From positions 832,001 through 896,000 of the forward strand of contig CAVWUU010000004.1 of NCBI GenBank assembly GCA_963758295.1: 64,000 nt of DNA, read 5' to 3'. Under the pieces are notes generated by a model, which had not been told where the DNA came from, ran no database searches, and saw only the letters and a list, made by a program, of their open reading frames with translations. Source of the DNA: Candidatus Eremiobacteria bacterium. GTDB taxonomy: Bacteria > Vulcanimicrobiota > Vulcanimicrobiia > Vulcanimicrobiales > Vulcanimicrobiaceae. The position numbers and the translations under genes were made by a program. Below are positions 30,112 through 40,913 of the stretch, piece by piece; positions within the stretch are counted from its first letter, which is position 1, and each line of letters opens with the position of its first letter.

Positions 30112-31390
30112 GATTCGCAATCTCCTTTAGTTTTACGTTTGCGTGGTTGGCGAGAGCCGACCGTTCGCCGGTGTAAACCCGGGAGCCGCCCACAAACGCC
30201 GCTTGAACCCAAGAGTTTTCCCCGCGATACACGACTCCATTCACGGCCGGCGTCCACGGGTCGATTTCCGAGGCATCGAGCACGAGGTAATCGGCCGCAA
30301 GCCCCGGCGCAAAATCGCCGGCCGCAACGTTCAGAGCGCGCGCGCCTTGCGCCGTGCCGAGATCGAAGGCGGCGCGAGCGCCAAGCGCGCTGCCGTCGAG
30401 CGTACGGATCTTCTGCAGAAGCGTCGCAGCGCGCATCTCTTCGATCAACGACGGCTTAACGTCGGCGTCCGTTCCTAAACCCATCGTCACGCCGAGAGCC
30501 TGCAATCCCGTAACATCGCAAATTCCGTCGCCCAAGTATTGATTGGTCATCGGATTGTGCACGACACGCCCGCCGCGCCTCGCCAGCAGCTGTTTCTCTT
30601 CGTCTGTGATATAGATCGCATGAATGGCTATCGTGCGTTCGTTCAGGGCACCGAGACGCTCGAGCAGCTCGATGGGCGTTGCGCCAAACCGTTCGAGCGT
30701 TTCGCGGCCTTCGTACTGCGCTTCGGCTACGTGCACGTGCATCATGCAATCGTTCGCTTTCGCATACTGCGCGGCGGCACGAATCATATCGTGCGACGCG
30801 GCGTGAAGGGAATGCGGCGCAACGCAAACATTCGCCCAGGGATATTTGCTGCGAAGCTCGCTGGTTCGCGCGGCCGCCTCATCGATCGGTTCGCGAAACG
30901 CGCTCGGCGCATAATCCGCGTCCATCCACGTGCGCGCGAAGACAAGCCGGATTCCCGTTTCCGCCGCGGCTGCAATTGCCGCTTCAGCGTGTTCGTTGCC
31001 GGCGCCGTTTAGATAGAAGAACTCGGCAACAGTCGTGATACCGGCATGAAGCATCTCCGAAAATGCCGCGATGAATATCCAGCGGATATCGTCAGGCGTG
31101 AGCTGCGGAATGACTTTATATAACGCCTCGCTGCGCCACTGCGCAAACGTCAGATCGTCCGCCCACCCGCGCAAGAGGATTTGATAGGCGTGGCTATGTC
31201 CGTTGATAAGTCCGGGGACGACAAGCCGGTCTTCCGGGAACGAACGAGCTTGGAGCTGCGGATGCTTCGATTGAATTTCTTTGAAGTCGCCCGCTTCGAC
31301 AACGATCCCGCCGCGGATCGCAAAAGCGAAATCCCGTCGTTCTTCACCGCCGGCGATCGCTCGGGCGCAACGGACCAGCTCATTTACCAT
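30098..31390 (-). CDS. Amidohydrolase, HutF (formimidoylglutamate deiminase)-like
   Basis: NGHSHAYQ, EMLHAGITTVAEF, APHSL, HVHVAE, GTD. Directly after hutI. Confidence 0.75.
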   Translation of the reverse strand: MVNELVRCARAIAGGEERRDFAFAIRGGIVVEAGDFKEIQSKHPQLQARSFPEDRLVVPGLINGHSHAYQILLRGWADDLTFAQWRSEALYKVIPQLTPDDIRWIFIAAFSEMLHAGITTVAEFFYLNGAGNEHAEAAIAAAAETGIRLVFARTWMDADYAPSAFREPIDEAAARTSELRSKYPWANVCVAPHSLHAASHDMIRAAAQYAKANDCMMHVHVAEAQYEGRETLERFGATPIELLERLGALNERTIAIHAIYITDEEKQLLARRGGRVVHNPMTNQYLGDGICDVTGLQALGVTMGLGTDADVKPSLIEEMRAATLLQKIRTLDGSALGARAAFDLGTAQGARALNVAAGDFAPGLAADYLVLDASEIDPWTPAVNGVVYRGENSWVQAAFVGGSRVYTGERSALANHANVKLKEIANRVIR

Positions 31391-32615
31391 AGCGCACTCC
31401 CCTGTGCACGACGGCGGCTGCTAGATTTCCGCCGTGCTGCCATCCAAATTCGTCGGGCGCTTCGATTTGCAAAACGACGAAGTCGGCCGTCGCTCCGGCG
31501 CGAAGTGTGCCGGCGTCGACACGCAGCGAATGCGCGGCGGCGCGCGTAACGCCGTACAGCGACTCCGCCGCGTTCAAGCCAAAGAGCTTGCGTCCGAAAT
31601 ATGCCACCGTTTGCAGATTGAAGCACGGCGACGTACCTGGATTAAAATCGCTTGCGAGCGCGACCTGGCCGCCGCGTTCGAGCAACGAGCGAACGGGAGC
31701 GCGCTGCGGCAAGTCGAGATAAGCAATCGTCGCCGGACAGGCGACGGTAACAATGCCGGCGCCGGCCACCGCCGCGACGTCTTCTTCGCGAATGTAGTTG
31801 CAGTGGTCGACGGCATCGACGCCTAAACCGGCCGCCATCCCGGCCGCGCCGCCGAATTGCATTTCATCGCAGTGGACGCGCAGCCGCATGCCGGCGGCGC
31901 GAGCGGCTTTCAAATACCGCTGCGTTTCTTGCGGCGAAAAGAATCCGGGTTCGCAGAACGCGTCGGCGTACTTCGCGCCGTGCGCGTGCGCTACCGGAAT
32001 CAGCTGATCGATCAAATAGTCGATGAAGGCTTCCTCTCGCGGAAACTCCGGCGGCAACGCGTGCGCTCCTAAGAACGTGGCTACGAGCGACGGCACGCCC
32101 GGATCGTCGCGATGCCGTTGGATGATGTCCAGCAACTGCGTTTCGCCCGGAGCATGAAGGGCATAGCCGGTCTTGGTTTCGAGCGTAGTGGTGCCGTGCG
32201 ACAGAATCAAACTCAAGCGCGGGCGAACCGTTCGTTCGTAGAACGCTTCGGGCTCCAACAACGCATCGCGCGTTCGTTCCACGGTATAGAGCATGCCGAG
32301 CGGCGCTTTTTCTCCGCGCTGCCTCGCGGCGAAATCCGGCTCACGGTTTCCCGCGAAGAGCGGATGCGCGTGCGCGTCCACAAAACCCGGCACGATCGTG
32401 GAATCGGGGAAATCTAGTTCGTTCGCTTCCCGTCGCTTCAGGCTTTTCTCGACTTCGCGACGGCTGCCGATTGCCGCGACGCGACTGCCTTCGACGATTA
32501 ACGCCGCGTCGTCGATGCGACCCAAATCGTCGAAAGTGACGCCGTTTTGTACGGCGTCACCATTGCACGGGACGATCGTTTTTGCTCGAACGAGCAGCGG
32601 AACTACAGGCGCCAA
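31380..32615 (-). CDS. hutI: Imidazolonepropionase
   Basis: [38 protein letters not shown]. Start approximate (TTG). Confidence 0.9.
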   Translation of the reverse strand: MAPVVPLLVRAKTIVPCNGDAVQNGVTFDDLGRIDDAALIVEGSRVAAIGSRREVEKSLKRREANELDFPDSTIVPGFVDAHAHPLFAGNREPDFAARQRGEKAPLGMLYTVERTRDALLEPEAFYERTVRPRLSLILSHGTTTLETKTGYALHAPGETQLLDIIQRHRDDPGVPSLVATFLGAHALPPEFPREEAFIDYLIDQLIPVAHAHGAKYADAFCEPGFFSPQETQRYLKAARAAGMRLRVHCDEMQFGGAAGMAAGLGVDAVDHCNYIREEDVAAVAGAGIVTVACPATIAYLDLPQRAPVRSLLERGGQVALASDFNPGTSPCFNLQTVAYFGRKLFGLNAAESLYGVTRAAAHSLRVDAGTLRAGATADFVVLQIEAPDEFGWQHGGNLAAAVVHRGVRYGK

Positions 32616-34264
32616 TCGATGTCTTTTTCGTCGGCGGTTTCGATGGCGATTTCGTATCCCGCATCCGCGTGCCGGACGACGCCCATTCCGCAATCCGTCG
32701 TCAAGACCGCCTGCAAACGCTCTTGCGCGTCTTGCGAGCCATCGGCAACGACGACCATACCGGCGTGTAAGCTGTAGCCGATGCCGACGCCGCCGCCGTG
32801 GTGGAAGCTCACCCAGTGCGCTCCCGCCGCGGTGTTCAAGAGCGCATTCAAAATAGGCCAATCGGCGATGGCGTCGGACCCGTCTTTCATCGCTTCGGTT
32901 TCGCGATACGGCGAGGCGACGCTGCCGGTGTCCAAGTGGTCTCGGCCGATCACGATCGGCGCACTGACTTCGCCGCTGCGTACGAGCTCGTTGAAGCGAA
33001 GGCCGGCTTTGGCACGATCGCCGTAACCGAGCCAGCAAATACGAGCCGGAAGGCCCTGGTACGATATGCGTTCGCGCGCGAGTTTAATCCACCGCTGCAA
33101 TCCCGCATCATTCGGGAAGAGCTCCAGCAGCTCACGATCCAGACGCGCGATGTCCTTCGGATCGCCGGAAAGGGCGGCGAAGCGGAACGGTCCCGAACCC
33201 TTGCAAAATAGCGGCCGGATAAATGCCGGAACGAATCCCGGAAAATCAAACGCACGGGCATATCCGGCGCGTTTCGCTTGCGCGCGCAAATTGTTTCCGT
33301 AATCGAAAACGACGGAGCCCGCATCTAAGAAACGCACCATCGCTTCCACGTGCTTTCCGCAGCTCTCCATGGCGCGGCGCTCGTACTCTTCCGGCGAACG
33401 CTCGCGCAGAGCCGCCGCTTCTTCGAGCGAGACGCCTTCGGGGACATACCCGTTGAGCAGATCGTGCGCCGACGTTTGATCGGTTACGGCATCGGGGCGT
33501 AAGCCGAGATCGTAGAGCTCCCAGAATTCAGTTGCGGCATTGCCTTCATAGCCAATGGAAATTGCCGTCCCCGCAACCTTCGCGCGTTCGACTTCCCGCA
33601 AGGCTTCTTCGCGCGACTCAACCACTTTGTCGAGATAGCGCAAATCGCGTCGCCGCTCGAGCCGCGCACGGTCGACGTCGACGACCAGGGCAATGCCTTC
33701 GTTCATCGTAACGGCAAGCGGCTGGGCGCCGCCCATTCCGCCGATGCCCGCCGTCAAGCAAACACGCCCTTTAAGCGTGCCGCCGTAATGCTGCCGTGCA
33801 AGCTCGGCGAACGTCTCGTAGGTTCCTTGCACGATTCCTTGCGTTCCGATGTAGATCCACGAGCCGGCCGTCATTTGACCGTACATCGTAAGACCTTGCC
33901 CTTCGAGCTCGCGGAAAGTCTTCCAATCGGCCCACTGCGGAACGAGATTCGAGTTCGCAATCAGGACGCGCGGCGCCCGCGCGTGAGTTTTCCAAACGGC
34001 GACGGGCTTGCCGCTCTGCACGACCATCGTTTCATCGGCCTTAAGGCGTCGCAGCGTGCGAACCAAAGCGTCGAACGCCGGCCAAGACCGGGCGGCCCGG
34101 CCGTTTCCGCCGTACACGACCAAATCGTCGGGGCGTTCGGCGACCTCCGGGTCGAGGTTGTTCATTAGCATGCGAAGCGCCGCTTCTTGCGGCCAACCCT
34201 GACAAGTCAAGCCGGTGCCGCGGGGCGCGCGCACCGTGCGTGGTCCGGAGATCGTCGTAGTCAT
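32603..34264 (-). CDS. hutU: Urocanate hydratase
   Basis: [36 protein letters not shown]. Confidence 0.97.
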   Translation of the reverse strand: MTTTISGPRTVRAPRGTGLTCQGWPQEAALRMLMNNLDPEVAERPDDLVVYGGNGRAARSWPAFDALVRTLRRLKADETMVVQSGKPVAVWKTHARAPRVLIANSNLVPQWADWKTFRELEGQGLTMYGQMTAGSWIYIGTQGIVQGTYETFAELARQHYGGTLKGRVCLTAGIGGMGGAQPLAVTMNEGIALVVDVDRARLERRRDLRYLDKVVESREEALREVERAKVAGTAISIGYEGNAATEFWELYDLGLRPDAVTDQTSAHDLLNGYVPEGVSLEEAAALRERSPEEYERRAMESCGKHVEAMVRFLDAGSVVFDYGNNLRAQAKRAGYARAFDFPGFVPAFIRPLFCKGSGPFRFAALSGDPKDIARLDRELLELFPNDAGLQRWIKLARERISYQGLPARICWLGYGDRAKAGLRFNELVRSGEVSAPIVIGRDHLDTGSVASPYRETEAMKDGSDAIADWPILNALLNTAAGAHWVSFHHGGGVGIGYSLHAGMVVVADGSQDAQERLQAVLTTDCGMGVVRHADAGYEIAIETADEKDIDWRL

Positions 34265-34364
34265 AACGGGCCACCACTTTGCCACGATTAATGCCATAGC
34301 CTTGACCGTTCTTGGGTAGTTTGAAGAGACGGGTGGCGCGTTTTTTGTTCGGAGGAACCGGACG

Positions 34365-36440
34365 ATCGAAGCCATCACGGGCAGCATACCTTCCACAGAA
34401 ACGCCGGCGCAGTCGCTCGACCTTATTCTGCAGAGCCTGCCCGCGTTTGTGTTTGCGACGGACCAGGAGCTGCGTTTCACGACGATTCGAGGCGCGACGC
34501 TGCGCCATTTGGGTCTCGATCAGGCCAAGATCAAAGAAATGATCGGTCAATCGGTCGAGAGCTACTTCGTCGGTCCGGAAGGCGAGACAACGCTGGGCCA
34601 TTTGCGCGCCGCTGCAAAGGGTGCGGTTTCGACGTTCGATCACGAGTGGCAAGGCCGCTTTTACGTTTGCCACTGCGCGCCGCTTATGAACGGCGAAATC
34701 ACCGGCACCGTCGCGGTCGGCATCGACATTACGGCGCGCAAACGGTTGGAACGCGAACTAGAAAACGAGCGTCGCGCGTTGGCCGAGGCGCAGCGCCTGG
34801 CCGGCTTGGGAAGCTGGGTTGCCGACGTTACGAACGACCGCATTTCCATCTCGCCCGAGCTCGCGCGTTTGCTGGGAACGGAGCCGGTAACGGAGCCGTT
34901 GCCCTTCGCGCAAATCGCGCCGTTTTTGCATCCAGACGAGTTGCCGACGCTCATGCGCGAAAAAGACCGTTTACTGCGCGAGGGCGGTTCGTACGATATC
35001 GATCATCGCATAGTTCGCCCCGACGGGACGTTGCGGTACGTAAAATCGCGCGGCCGCGTGGAGCGTGACGCGCAAAATCGCGCGGTTCGGTGCATTGGGA
35101 CGATGTGGGACGTTACGGCTCGCGTGGAAGCGCAGCAAGCCGCGGAAGTTTTAGCTTATCACGACTCGTTGACCGGTCTTCCGAATCGTTCGCTGCTGAG
35201 CGACCGCATTCGTCAAGCGATCGCGCGGTCGGAACGGGATCTCTCGAGTTTTCTCATTCTTTTCATCGACTTGGACAATTTCAAGCGGATCAACGACTCG
35301 CTTGGACACGCCGAAGGCGACGTGCTCCTTACGGAAATCGGCCAACGACTGCGCAACGCTATTCGCCATACCGACACGGTGGCGCGCGCCGGCGGCGACG
35401 AATTCGTAGTCCTCATTTCAAATTCGAACGATACCGAGGAGCAAACGGCGATTCGCAAGATCCAGGCGGTCTTTCACGCGCCGTTCCGCCTTCGCGGTAA
35501 CGAGTATTTCGTGCGCGCGAGCATCGGTGTTGCCGCTTATCCCGACGATGCCAAAGGCGAACGGGAGCTGCTGCAGTGCGCCGACGCGGCGATGTACGAA
35601 GTCAAACAAGCCGGACGTAACGCGATTCGAAAGTACAAAGGCTCCGGCAACTCCGCGTTAGAGCGGCGGATGCAGCTCGAAGTCGATCTTCCCAAAGCGC
35701 TGCGCGAGAAGCAATTACGGCTCTTCTATCAATTGCTGGTCGACGCGAAGACGTTGAAAATTTCCGGTGTGGAAGCGTTGCTGCGCTGGGACCATCCGAC
35801 GCGCGGCATGCTGTTGCCTATGGCCTTTATGGACATCATGGAAAACAGCGAATTCATTGCGTCGATCGGCGATTGGACGGTACGCGAAGCGGCCACGCAG
35901 GTTGTCGACTGGCGTAAGCGTTTCAAACTTCCGCTCCGCTTGAACGTGAATTTCTCAGCGAAGCAATTGGCTTACGGCGATCATCTCGCGGAGCGCATCG
36001 CGCAAACGCTCGCCATTTCCGGATTAGAGCCTTCCGGCCTGGAGCTGGAAATTACGGAGACCGCCATAGTACAAGACCTGGAGCGCGTCATTACGATTCT
36101 TACGCAACTGCGCCAACTGGGCGTGGGCATCGCGATCGACGACTTCGGCACCGGCTATAACTCGCTGAGCTACCTTAAGCACTTCCCCGTGACCGCCTTG
36201 AAGATCGACCGGTCTTTCGTGGCGGAGCTCGGCGTGGACGCGTTCGACGAGGCCATTTCATATGCGGTAGCCGCACTCGGCAAAGCGCTGAACATCCGCG
36301 TCGTCGCCGAAGGGGTCGAGACCGAACATCAGGCTTCGGCGTTGCTGAATCTCGGCTGCGACGAACTCCAGGGCTACTACTTCGCACCTCCGCTCAGCGC
36401 GGCCGAAACGGAGGTCCGCCTAGAAGGCGCCTGGGCGTAA
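34365..36440 (+). CDS. PAS-PAS-GGDEF-EAL c-di-GMP cyclase/phosphodiesterase
   Basis: Intact GGDEF, EAL and DDFGTG. First canonical start is GTG 34449, but the start is proposed at ATC 34365 (see findings). Confidence 0.9.
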   Translation: MEAITGSIPSTETPAQSLDLILQSLPAFVFATDQELRFTTIRGATLRHLGLDQAKIKEMIGQSVESYFVGPEGETTLGHLRAAAKGAVSTFDHEWQGRFYVCHCAPLMNGEITGTVAVGIDITARKRLERELENERRALAEAQRLAGLGSWVADVTNDRISISPELARLLGTEPVTEPLPFAQIAPFLHPDELPTLMREKDRLLREGGSYDIDHRIVRPDGTLRYVKSRGRVERDAQNRAVRCIGTMWDVTARVEAQQAAEVLAYHDSLTGLPNRSLLSDRIRQAIARSERDLSSFLILFIDLDNFKRINDSLGHAEGDVLLTEIGQRLRNAIRHTDTVARAGGDEFVVLISNSNDTEEQTAIRKIQAVFHAPFRLRGNEYFVRASIGVAAYPDDAKGERELLQCADAAMYEVKQAGRNAIRKYKGSGNSALERRMQLEVDLPKALREKQLRLFYQLLVDAKTLKISGVEALLRWDHPTRGMLLPMAFMDIMENSEFIASIGDWTVREAATQVVDWRKRFKLPLRLNVNFSAKQLAYGDHLAERIAQTLAISGLEPSGLELEITETAIVQDLERVITILTQLRQLGVGIAIDDFGTGYNSLSYLKHFPVTALKIDRSFVAELGVDAFDEAISYAVAALGKALNIRVVAEGVETEHQASALLNLGCDELQGYYFAPPLSAAETEVRLEGAWA

Positions 36441-36445
36441 CGGTC

Positions 36446-36474
36446 TTGACATTATTCGATATATCGAATAAGTT
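36446..36474 (+). promoter_or_regulatory. Sigma70 promoter with a perfect 20-bp palindromic operator
   Basis: TTGACA-17nt-TAAGTT, with ttattcgatatatcgaataa at 36452-36471. Confidence 0.85.
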
Positions 36475-36509
36475 ACTCGTAAGCACGGAGTTCTTGGAAA
36501 GGATCGTTC

Positions 36510-36764
36510 TTGCTTTACGAGATTCTGGCCGTTTTATGGAGCGGGCCGGCAGAGCAAGCTGATATAGCGCTTGGCATCGCCGGCCGCACGAAAAACCTGC
36601 CCGCACTCGAAGTGGTCGACGGCCACCTGTGGTTTCTCACGCGCTTCGGGTTCACCGAAGAGCTTTCGGGCGGCCGGGACCTGCTCTACCGTATTACGCC
36701 TTCAGGCTCGGCGCTTCTCGCGCTCGCAGCCGAAGAGCAGCAGCCCAAAGGAGTTGTAATTTAA
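36510..36764 (+). CDS. Small winged-helix-like protein (84 aa)
   Basis: RBS AAAGGA, TTG start, PadR-like YRITPSG wing. Confidence 0.65.
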   Translation: MLYEILAVLWSGPAEQADIALGIAGRTKNLPALEVVDGHLWFLTRFGFTEELSGGRDLLYRITPSGSALLALAAEEQQPKGVVI

Positions 36765-36765
36765 G

Positions 36766-37281
36766 ATGTTCGGTCATCACGCGCGCCGGCACGGTTTCGG
36801 CGCACCCTTCGGTCAAGCGTTCGCGCATGGGCGCGGACGCCGCGGCGGCGGCCGCGGACGCGGCGAAATGAAATACGAGGTCCTCGAAGTCTTACTCGAG
36901 GGGCCGCGCCACGGCTACGAGATCATGCTTGCAATCGAGAACAAGCGCGGCCTGCGCCCGAGCCCGGGTTCCATCTATCCCGCGCTGCAAATGCTCGAAG
37001 ACGGCGACTTTGTCAGCGGACGCGATCGCGACGGAAAACGCACGTACGAAATTACCGATAAGGGCCGCCAGCTTTTGCAAGAGCGCCAGCCCGAAGACCG
37101 CGAGTACGACGAAAATAACCTTTACGGCATCATCGGTGAAGCGATGCGCCAAGTTCACGGCATCAAAGACGCCGTGAAAGGCATCGCGAAAACGGGCGAC
37201 ATCGAATCGTTCCGCAAAGCGGTCGAAGTGCTCGACCGCGCGCGCCGGGAGCTCTTCGCGATTTTAGCGGATCACGTTTAA
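36766..37281 (+). CDS. PadR family transcriptional regulator
   Basis: PRHGYEIM, PSPGSIYPALQMLED, YEITDKG. Confidence 0.93.
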   Translation: MFGHHARRHGFGAPFGQAFAHGRGRRGGGRGRGEMKYEVLEVLLEGPRHGYEIMLAIENKRGLRPSPGSIYPALQMLEDGDFVSGRDRDGKRTYEITDKGRQLLQERQPEDREYDENNLYGIIGEAMRQVHGIKDAVKGIAKTGDIESFRKAVEVLDRARRELFAILADHV

Positions 37282-38816
37282 GCCACAGCGCCCTGCGCGG
37301 CCGCAACCAGCGTGCCGGTTCGAATAAGGTCGCGCGCCGTTTCGATATCCGGAGCAGGCACGCGATCTTCCGTCCAGGGGGCAATTCGCTCGCGCGCAAT
37401 TTCGTACGCCGCTTGCGTTCCGATTCCCGATTGGAGCGGCCGGCGGAAGTCGGTTGCGGCGAGCGCGCCGATGAGTTCGCACGCAAGCGCGCCTTCGACG
37501 TTCTCCAGCACGCGTGCAAGGTTGTTCGCCGAAGTCATGCCCATGCTGACATGATCTTCTTGCCCGGCCGACGTGGGAATCGAATCCACGCTCGAGGGCC
37601 AGCACAAACCCTTGTTGTCGTTGACGAGCGCTGCCGCCGCATACTGAACGATCATCAAGCCCGATTGCAAGCCCGAACGGCCCGTGAGGAAAAGCGGCAA
37701 CCCGCGGTCTTCCGCGTTCAGCAAGAGATACAGCCGGCGTTCGCCGATTGACGCGAGTTCGCTCACGGCAATTTTCAAGAAGTCCATCGCAAGCGCGATA
37801 GGCTCGCCGTGAAAGTTTCCGCCCGAGAGGAACTCGCCGTCATCCGGGAAGACCAATGGATTGTCCGTTACCGAATTCGCTTCGATTTCCGTAACGCGGC
37901 GAACGTGAGCCAGCGAATCGCGCACCGCGCCGTGGACCACGGGAATGCAACGATAGGAGTACGGATCTTGCACGCGGCCGCATTCACGGTGCGAAAGCAT
38001 GATTTCCGAGCCTGCAAGCAACGCGCGCAGATTGTTTGCGACAAGCGTTTGTCCCGCGTGCGGACGCAAATCGTTGATGCGGCGATCGAACACGCGATCC
38101 GTGCCGAGAAACGCTTCGAGCGACATCGCGCCGATTACGTCGGCCGCCTGGGCGAGCCGTTCGGCACGGAGCAGTCCGAGCGAACCAATTCCCGTCATGA
38201 CTTGCGTGCCGTTGATCAGCGCCAAGCCTTCTTTCGGCCCGAGCGTCACGGGCATCAATCCGGCACGTTGCAAGGCGACCGCGCTCGGCAGCCGCTCGCC
38301 GTTGTAAACCGCTTCCCCTTCGCCGATGAGCGTGAGCGTCATATGCGCGAGCGGCGCAAGATCGCCGCTTGCGCCAACGGAGCCTTGGCACGGAACTACG
38401 GGCGTCACGCCGCGATTGAGCAGCTCTGCAAGCAGTTCCAGCGTCTCGAGCTTGACGCCCGAATGCCCTGCGGCCAAAGAGTTTACGCGCAATACGCCCG
38501 CAGCGCGAACGAAACGCTCGCAAAGCGGCGTTCCGGTTCCCGATGCATGGCTTCGAACCAAATTCAGCTGCAGCTGCGCCGCGTCCGCCGGATGGATCTG
38601 CACGTTGGCAAGGCGTCCGAAGCCCGTCGTCACGCCGTAGATGGCCTCGCCGCTGGCGAAGCGCTCGTCTACGAAGGCACGCGCCTTTGCGACGCGTTCG
38701 CGCGCGGCCGGAGCAATCGTTACGGAGGCGCCCCCCGCGATCGCTTCGATGGATTCAAGCGTGAGGTGACGGCCGTCCAATTCGACGGCGGAAGGAGTGG
38801 ACAAGGTGGAGGCCAT
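37278..38816 (-). CDS. hutH: Histidine ammonia-lyase
   Basis: YGVTTGFG, GASGDLAPL (MIO), QDPYS, GGNFHG. Confidence 0.96.
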   Translation of the reverse strand: MASTLSTPSAVELDGRHLTLESIEAIAGGASVTIAPAARERVAKARAFVDERFASGEAIYGVTTGFGRLANVQIHPADAAQLQLNLVRSHASGTGTPLCERFVRAAGVLRVNSLAAGHSGVKLETLELLAELLNRGVTPVVPCQGSVGASGDLAPLAHMTLTLIGEGEAVYNGERLPSAVALQRAGLMPVTLGPKEGLALINGTQVMTGIGSLGLLRAERLAQAADVIGAMSLEAFLGTDRVFDRRINDLRPHAGQTLVANNLRALLAGSEIMLSHRECGRVQDPYSYRCIPVVHGAVRDSLAHVRRVTEIEANSVTDNPLVFPDDGEFLSGGNFHGEPIALAMDFLKIAVSELASIGERRLYLLLNAEDRGLPLFLTGRSGLQSGLMIVQYAAAALVNDNKGLCWPSSVDSIPTSAGQEDHVSMGMTSANNLARVLENVEGALACELIGALAATDFRRPLQSGIGTQAAYEIARERIAPWTEDRVPAPDIETARDLIRTGTLVAAAQGAVA

Positions 38817-38853
38817 GGCGCCAGATACTTCCGGCCGTCTTTTAGGGCGCCTG

Positions 38854-39288
38854 CTATAAACCGTTCCATTGGAAGGGCGGCGGCGACGCATACGGCGGCC
38901 CGTTTTGAATCACGATCGATTCGTGGTCGCGCAACGGGACGGAACGCAGGTCGCGCGTCCATCGCTTGCCGTCGACCCACACGGCGGGATGCTTCCATGT
39001 GATGTCATGATCCCAGACGTCCAAGAATTCGCCAAGCGTGAACACGCGGCGAACCGGCGACTCAATGTGAATCACTCCGTCCGGCGTGTGCGTGTGCAAC
39101 CAATACAAGCAGCTCGACGCCGGCACGATCCCGATGCCCTGAGGAATCTCGACCGCCTTCCCGCGATCGTAGATCGCCAAATGCGCGTGGATGTGCTGAA
39201 CGACGCCTTCGGAACGGTCGCACGTGATGCCGTCCACGGGAAGGCCAAGAAACGCCTGCGCCACGAGAATCGTCAGAAAGTAGCCCAT
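38854..39288 (-). CDS. Hypothetical His-motif protein
   Basis: HIHAH, CLYWLHTH, GVIHIE motifs and a hydrophobic N-terminus. Confidence 0.7.
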   Translation of the reverse strand: MGYFLTILVAQAFLGLPVDGITCDRSEGVVQHIHAHLAIYDRGKAVEIPQGIGIVPASSCLYWLHTHTPDGVIHIESPVRRVFTLGEFLDVWDHDITWKHPAVWVDGKRWTRDLRSVPLRDHESIVIQNGPPYASPPPFQWNGL

Positions 39289-39419
39289 CAGCGGGGCTTT
39301 TCGACCGGAGGCGCCGGTGAGTCATGTTTTCTTTTGATGCTTTCTTGAGTGACCGGCCGGGACGGCCGTGCCATTATGGGAGTGAGAATTAATTTCTTAG
39401 TTACACAAGAGGGGACCTC

Positions 39420-40913
39420 ATGACGGTGGCCGAGGTTGGCGAAGCCCTTCGAGCGCTTCGCTACCGGCGGGGCGACTTCGCGAACGAAGCCGCGAGGCTG
39501 CGGTTCATCGCCGGGGTTCACGGCGTGCTTCGCCCGGGAACGGTTTCCCGGTTGATCTTCACCGCCACGGTGGTCGAGCGCGTCCCTTACAAGATGATCG
39601 CCCGCGAACTCGCCATTTCGCTGCGGCAATTCTTCCGCTTGCGCAACCAGATGATCCAGGAAATTCGGTCGGGCTTGAGCGCGCAGCGGCTGCATGTCGG
39701 CGAAACGATGAACACCGACCGTCTCCAGCTGGAGATCGCGCGCCGCGCCCTCGAACACGGACACACTGAAACGGCGGTGAGTACGCTAAACAGCGTCATG
39801 AATCGCTCGCTGCGGGTGCAGGATTTGGTGGAAGCGCTCGTGCTGCAGGCCCGTGCCTCATGCGATGGCGGCACACTTGCCGGCACGCAGTCGTCCCTGG
39901 AAGAGGCATGCCGCATCGCTTCGCGCTTCGACTCCGAACAGCGCGTCGAATGGCAAAGAGACGTCGCGCTCACGCGAGCGTATGCGTTCTACCGCGACGG
40001 CGCGTACGACGCGGCCATGGAGGCTTCGCAACACGCGCTTCCGCTTCACGAAGTCGTTCCTACGGCGGACCCCTACGTCGCCCGCAAGCTCGCGCGTCAC
40101 GCACTCTTTCTTGCGCTTCAGCATGAAGAGGCCGGCTCCCCGGAACAGGCGTTGGAGTATTTGCGCGCGGCGCATGACGTCCTAACATCGCTGGAGCGTC
40201 CGCCGGGACCGGAGCTCGCGCAAGTTTACGTGCATCGTGCGTTCGTTCGGGCGGGCATGCCAACCGACGCTACGGCGGCGCCGAACGATGCGGCGGAAGC
40301 CGTTCGCATTGCGGAGTGGCATGGGTTGACGGCGGAGCTGGTATGGGCAAATCTGGCGCTCGCAATGTCGACGTACGGGTCTAACCCGCAAGAAGGCGCT
40401 TCCGTTTGGGCTTCGCGTGCCATGCAACTTGGTGGGGAACACTTATCCGGCGATCCGCTTGCACGCACCCTTTTCATCGGGTCGCGATTCGAATGCGCTG
40501 CGGGCCGTCCGGACGACGCGCTCGTCCATGTCTTACGAGCCAAACCGCACGTCCGGGGAAACAATCTGCTTCAGGCCATCTTCCACCTGGCGCTGGCGCG
40601 AGCATATCAAGCCGGCGGCGATCACGAACACAGCATCGACGCCGCAACACAGGCTATCGGAATGATGGAAGGCCGCAGCCATTCGCACTACATCGGGCTG
40701 GCCTATTTGAAGCGAGGCTCTTCCCGCGCCATGCGAAAGTTGCCGGATGCGCGCGACGACGTGGAATCGGCGATTCACTACCTGGAACGCGGCGCGCCGC
40801 TCAGCGATCGGATGGAAGCCTTGACGCTGTCCGCGTCCGTAACGCGCAATCGCGTTCACCGGCGCGAGGCCGAGGAGTTACGCCACTTACTGGCCGCTGC
40901 GTCCGGCCAATAA
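39420..40913 (+). CDS. Putative HTH + TPR-like regulator
   Basis: RBS GAGGGG. PYKMIARELAISLRQFFRLR HTH-like segment followed by Ala/Leu-rich helical repeats. Confidence 0.7.
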   Translation: MTVAEVGEALRALRYRRGDFANEAARLRFIAGVHGVLRPGTVSRLIFTATVVERVPYKMIARELAISLRQFFRLRNQMIQEIRSGLSAQRLHVGETMNTDRLQLEIARRALEHGHTETAVSTLNSVMNRSLRVQDLVEALVLQARASCDGGTLAGTQSSLEEACRIASRFDSEQRVEWQRDVALTRAYAFYRDGAYDAAMEASQHALPLHEVVPTADPYVARKLARHALFLALQHEEAGSPEQALEYLRAAHDVLTSLERPPGPELAQVYVHRAFVRAGMPTDATAAPNDAAEAVRIAEWHGLTAELVWANLALAMSTYGSNPQEGASVWASRAMQLGGEHLSGDPLARTLFIGSRFECAAGRPDDALVHVLRAKPHVRGNNLLQAIFHLALARAYQAGGDHEHSIDAATQAIGMMEGRSHSHYIGLAYLKRGSSRAMRKLPDARDDVESAIHYLERGAPLSDRMEALTLSASVTRNRVHRREAEELRHLLAAASGQ

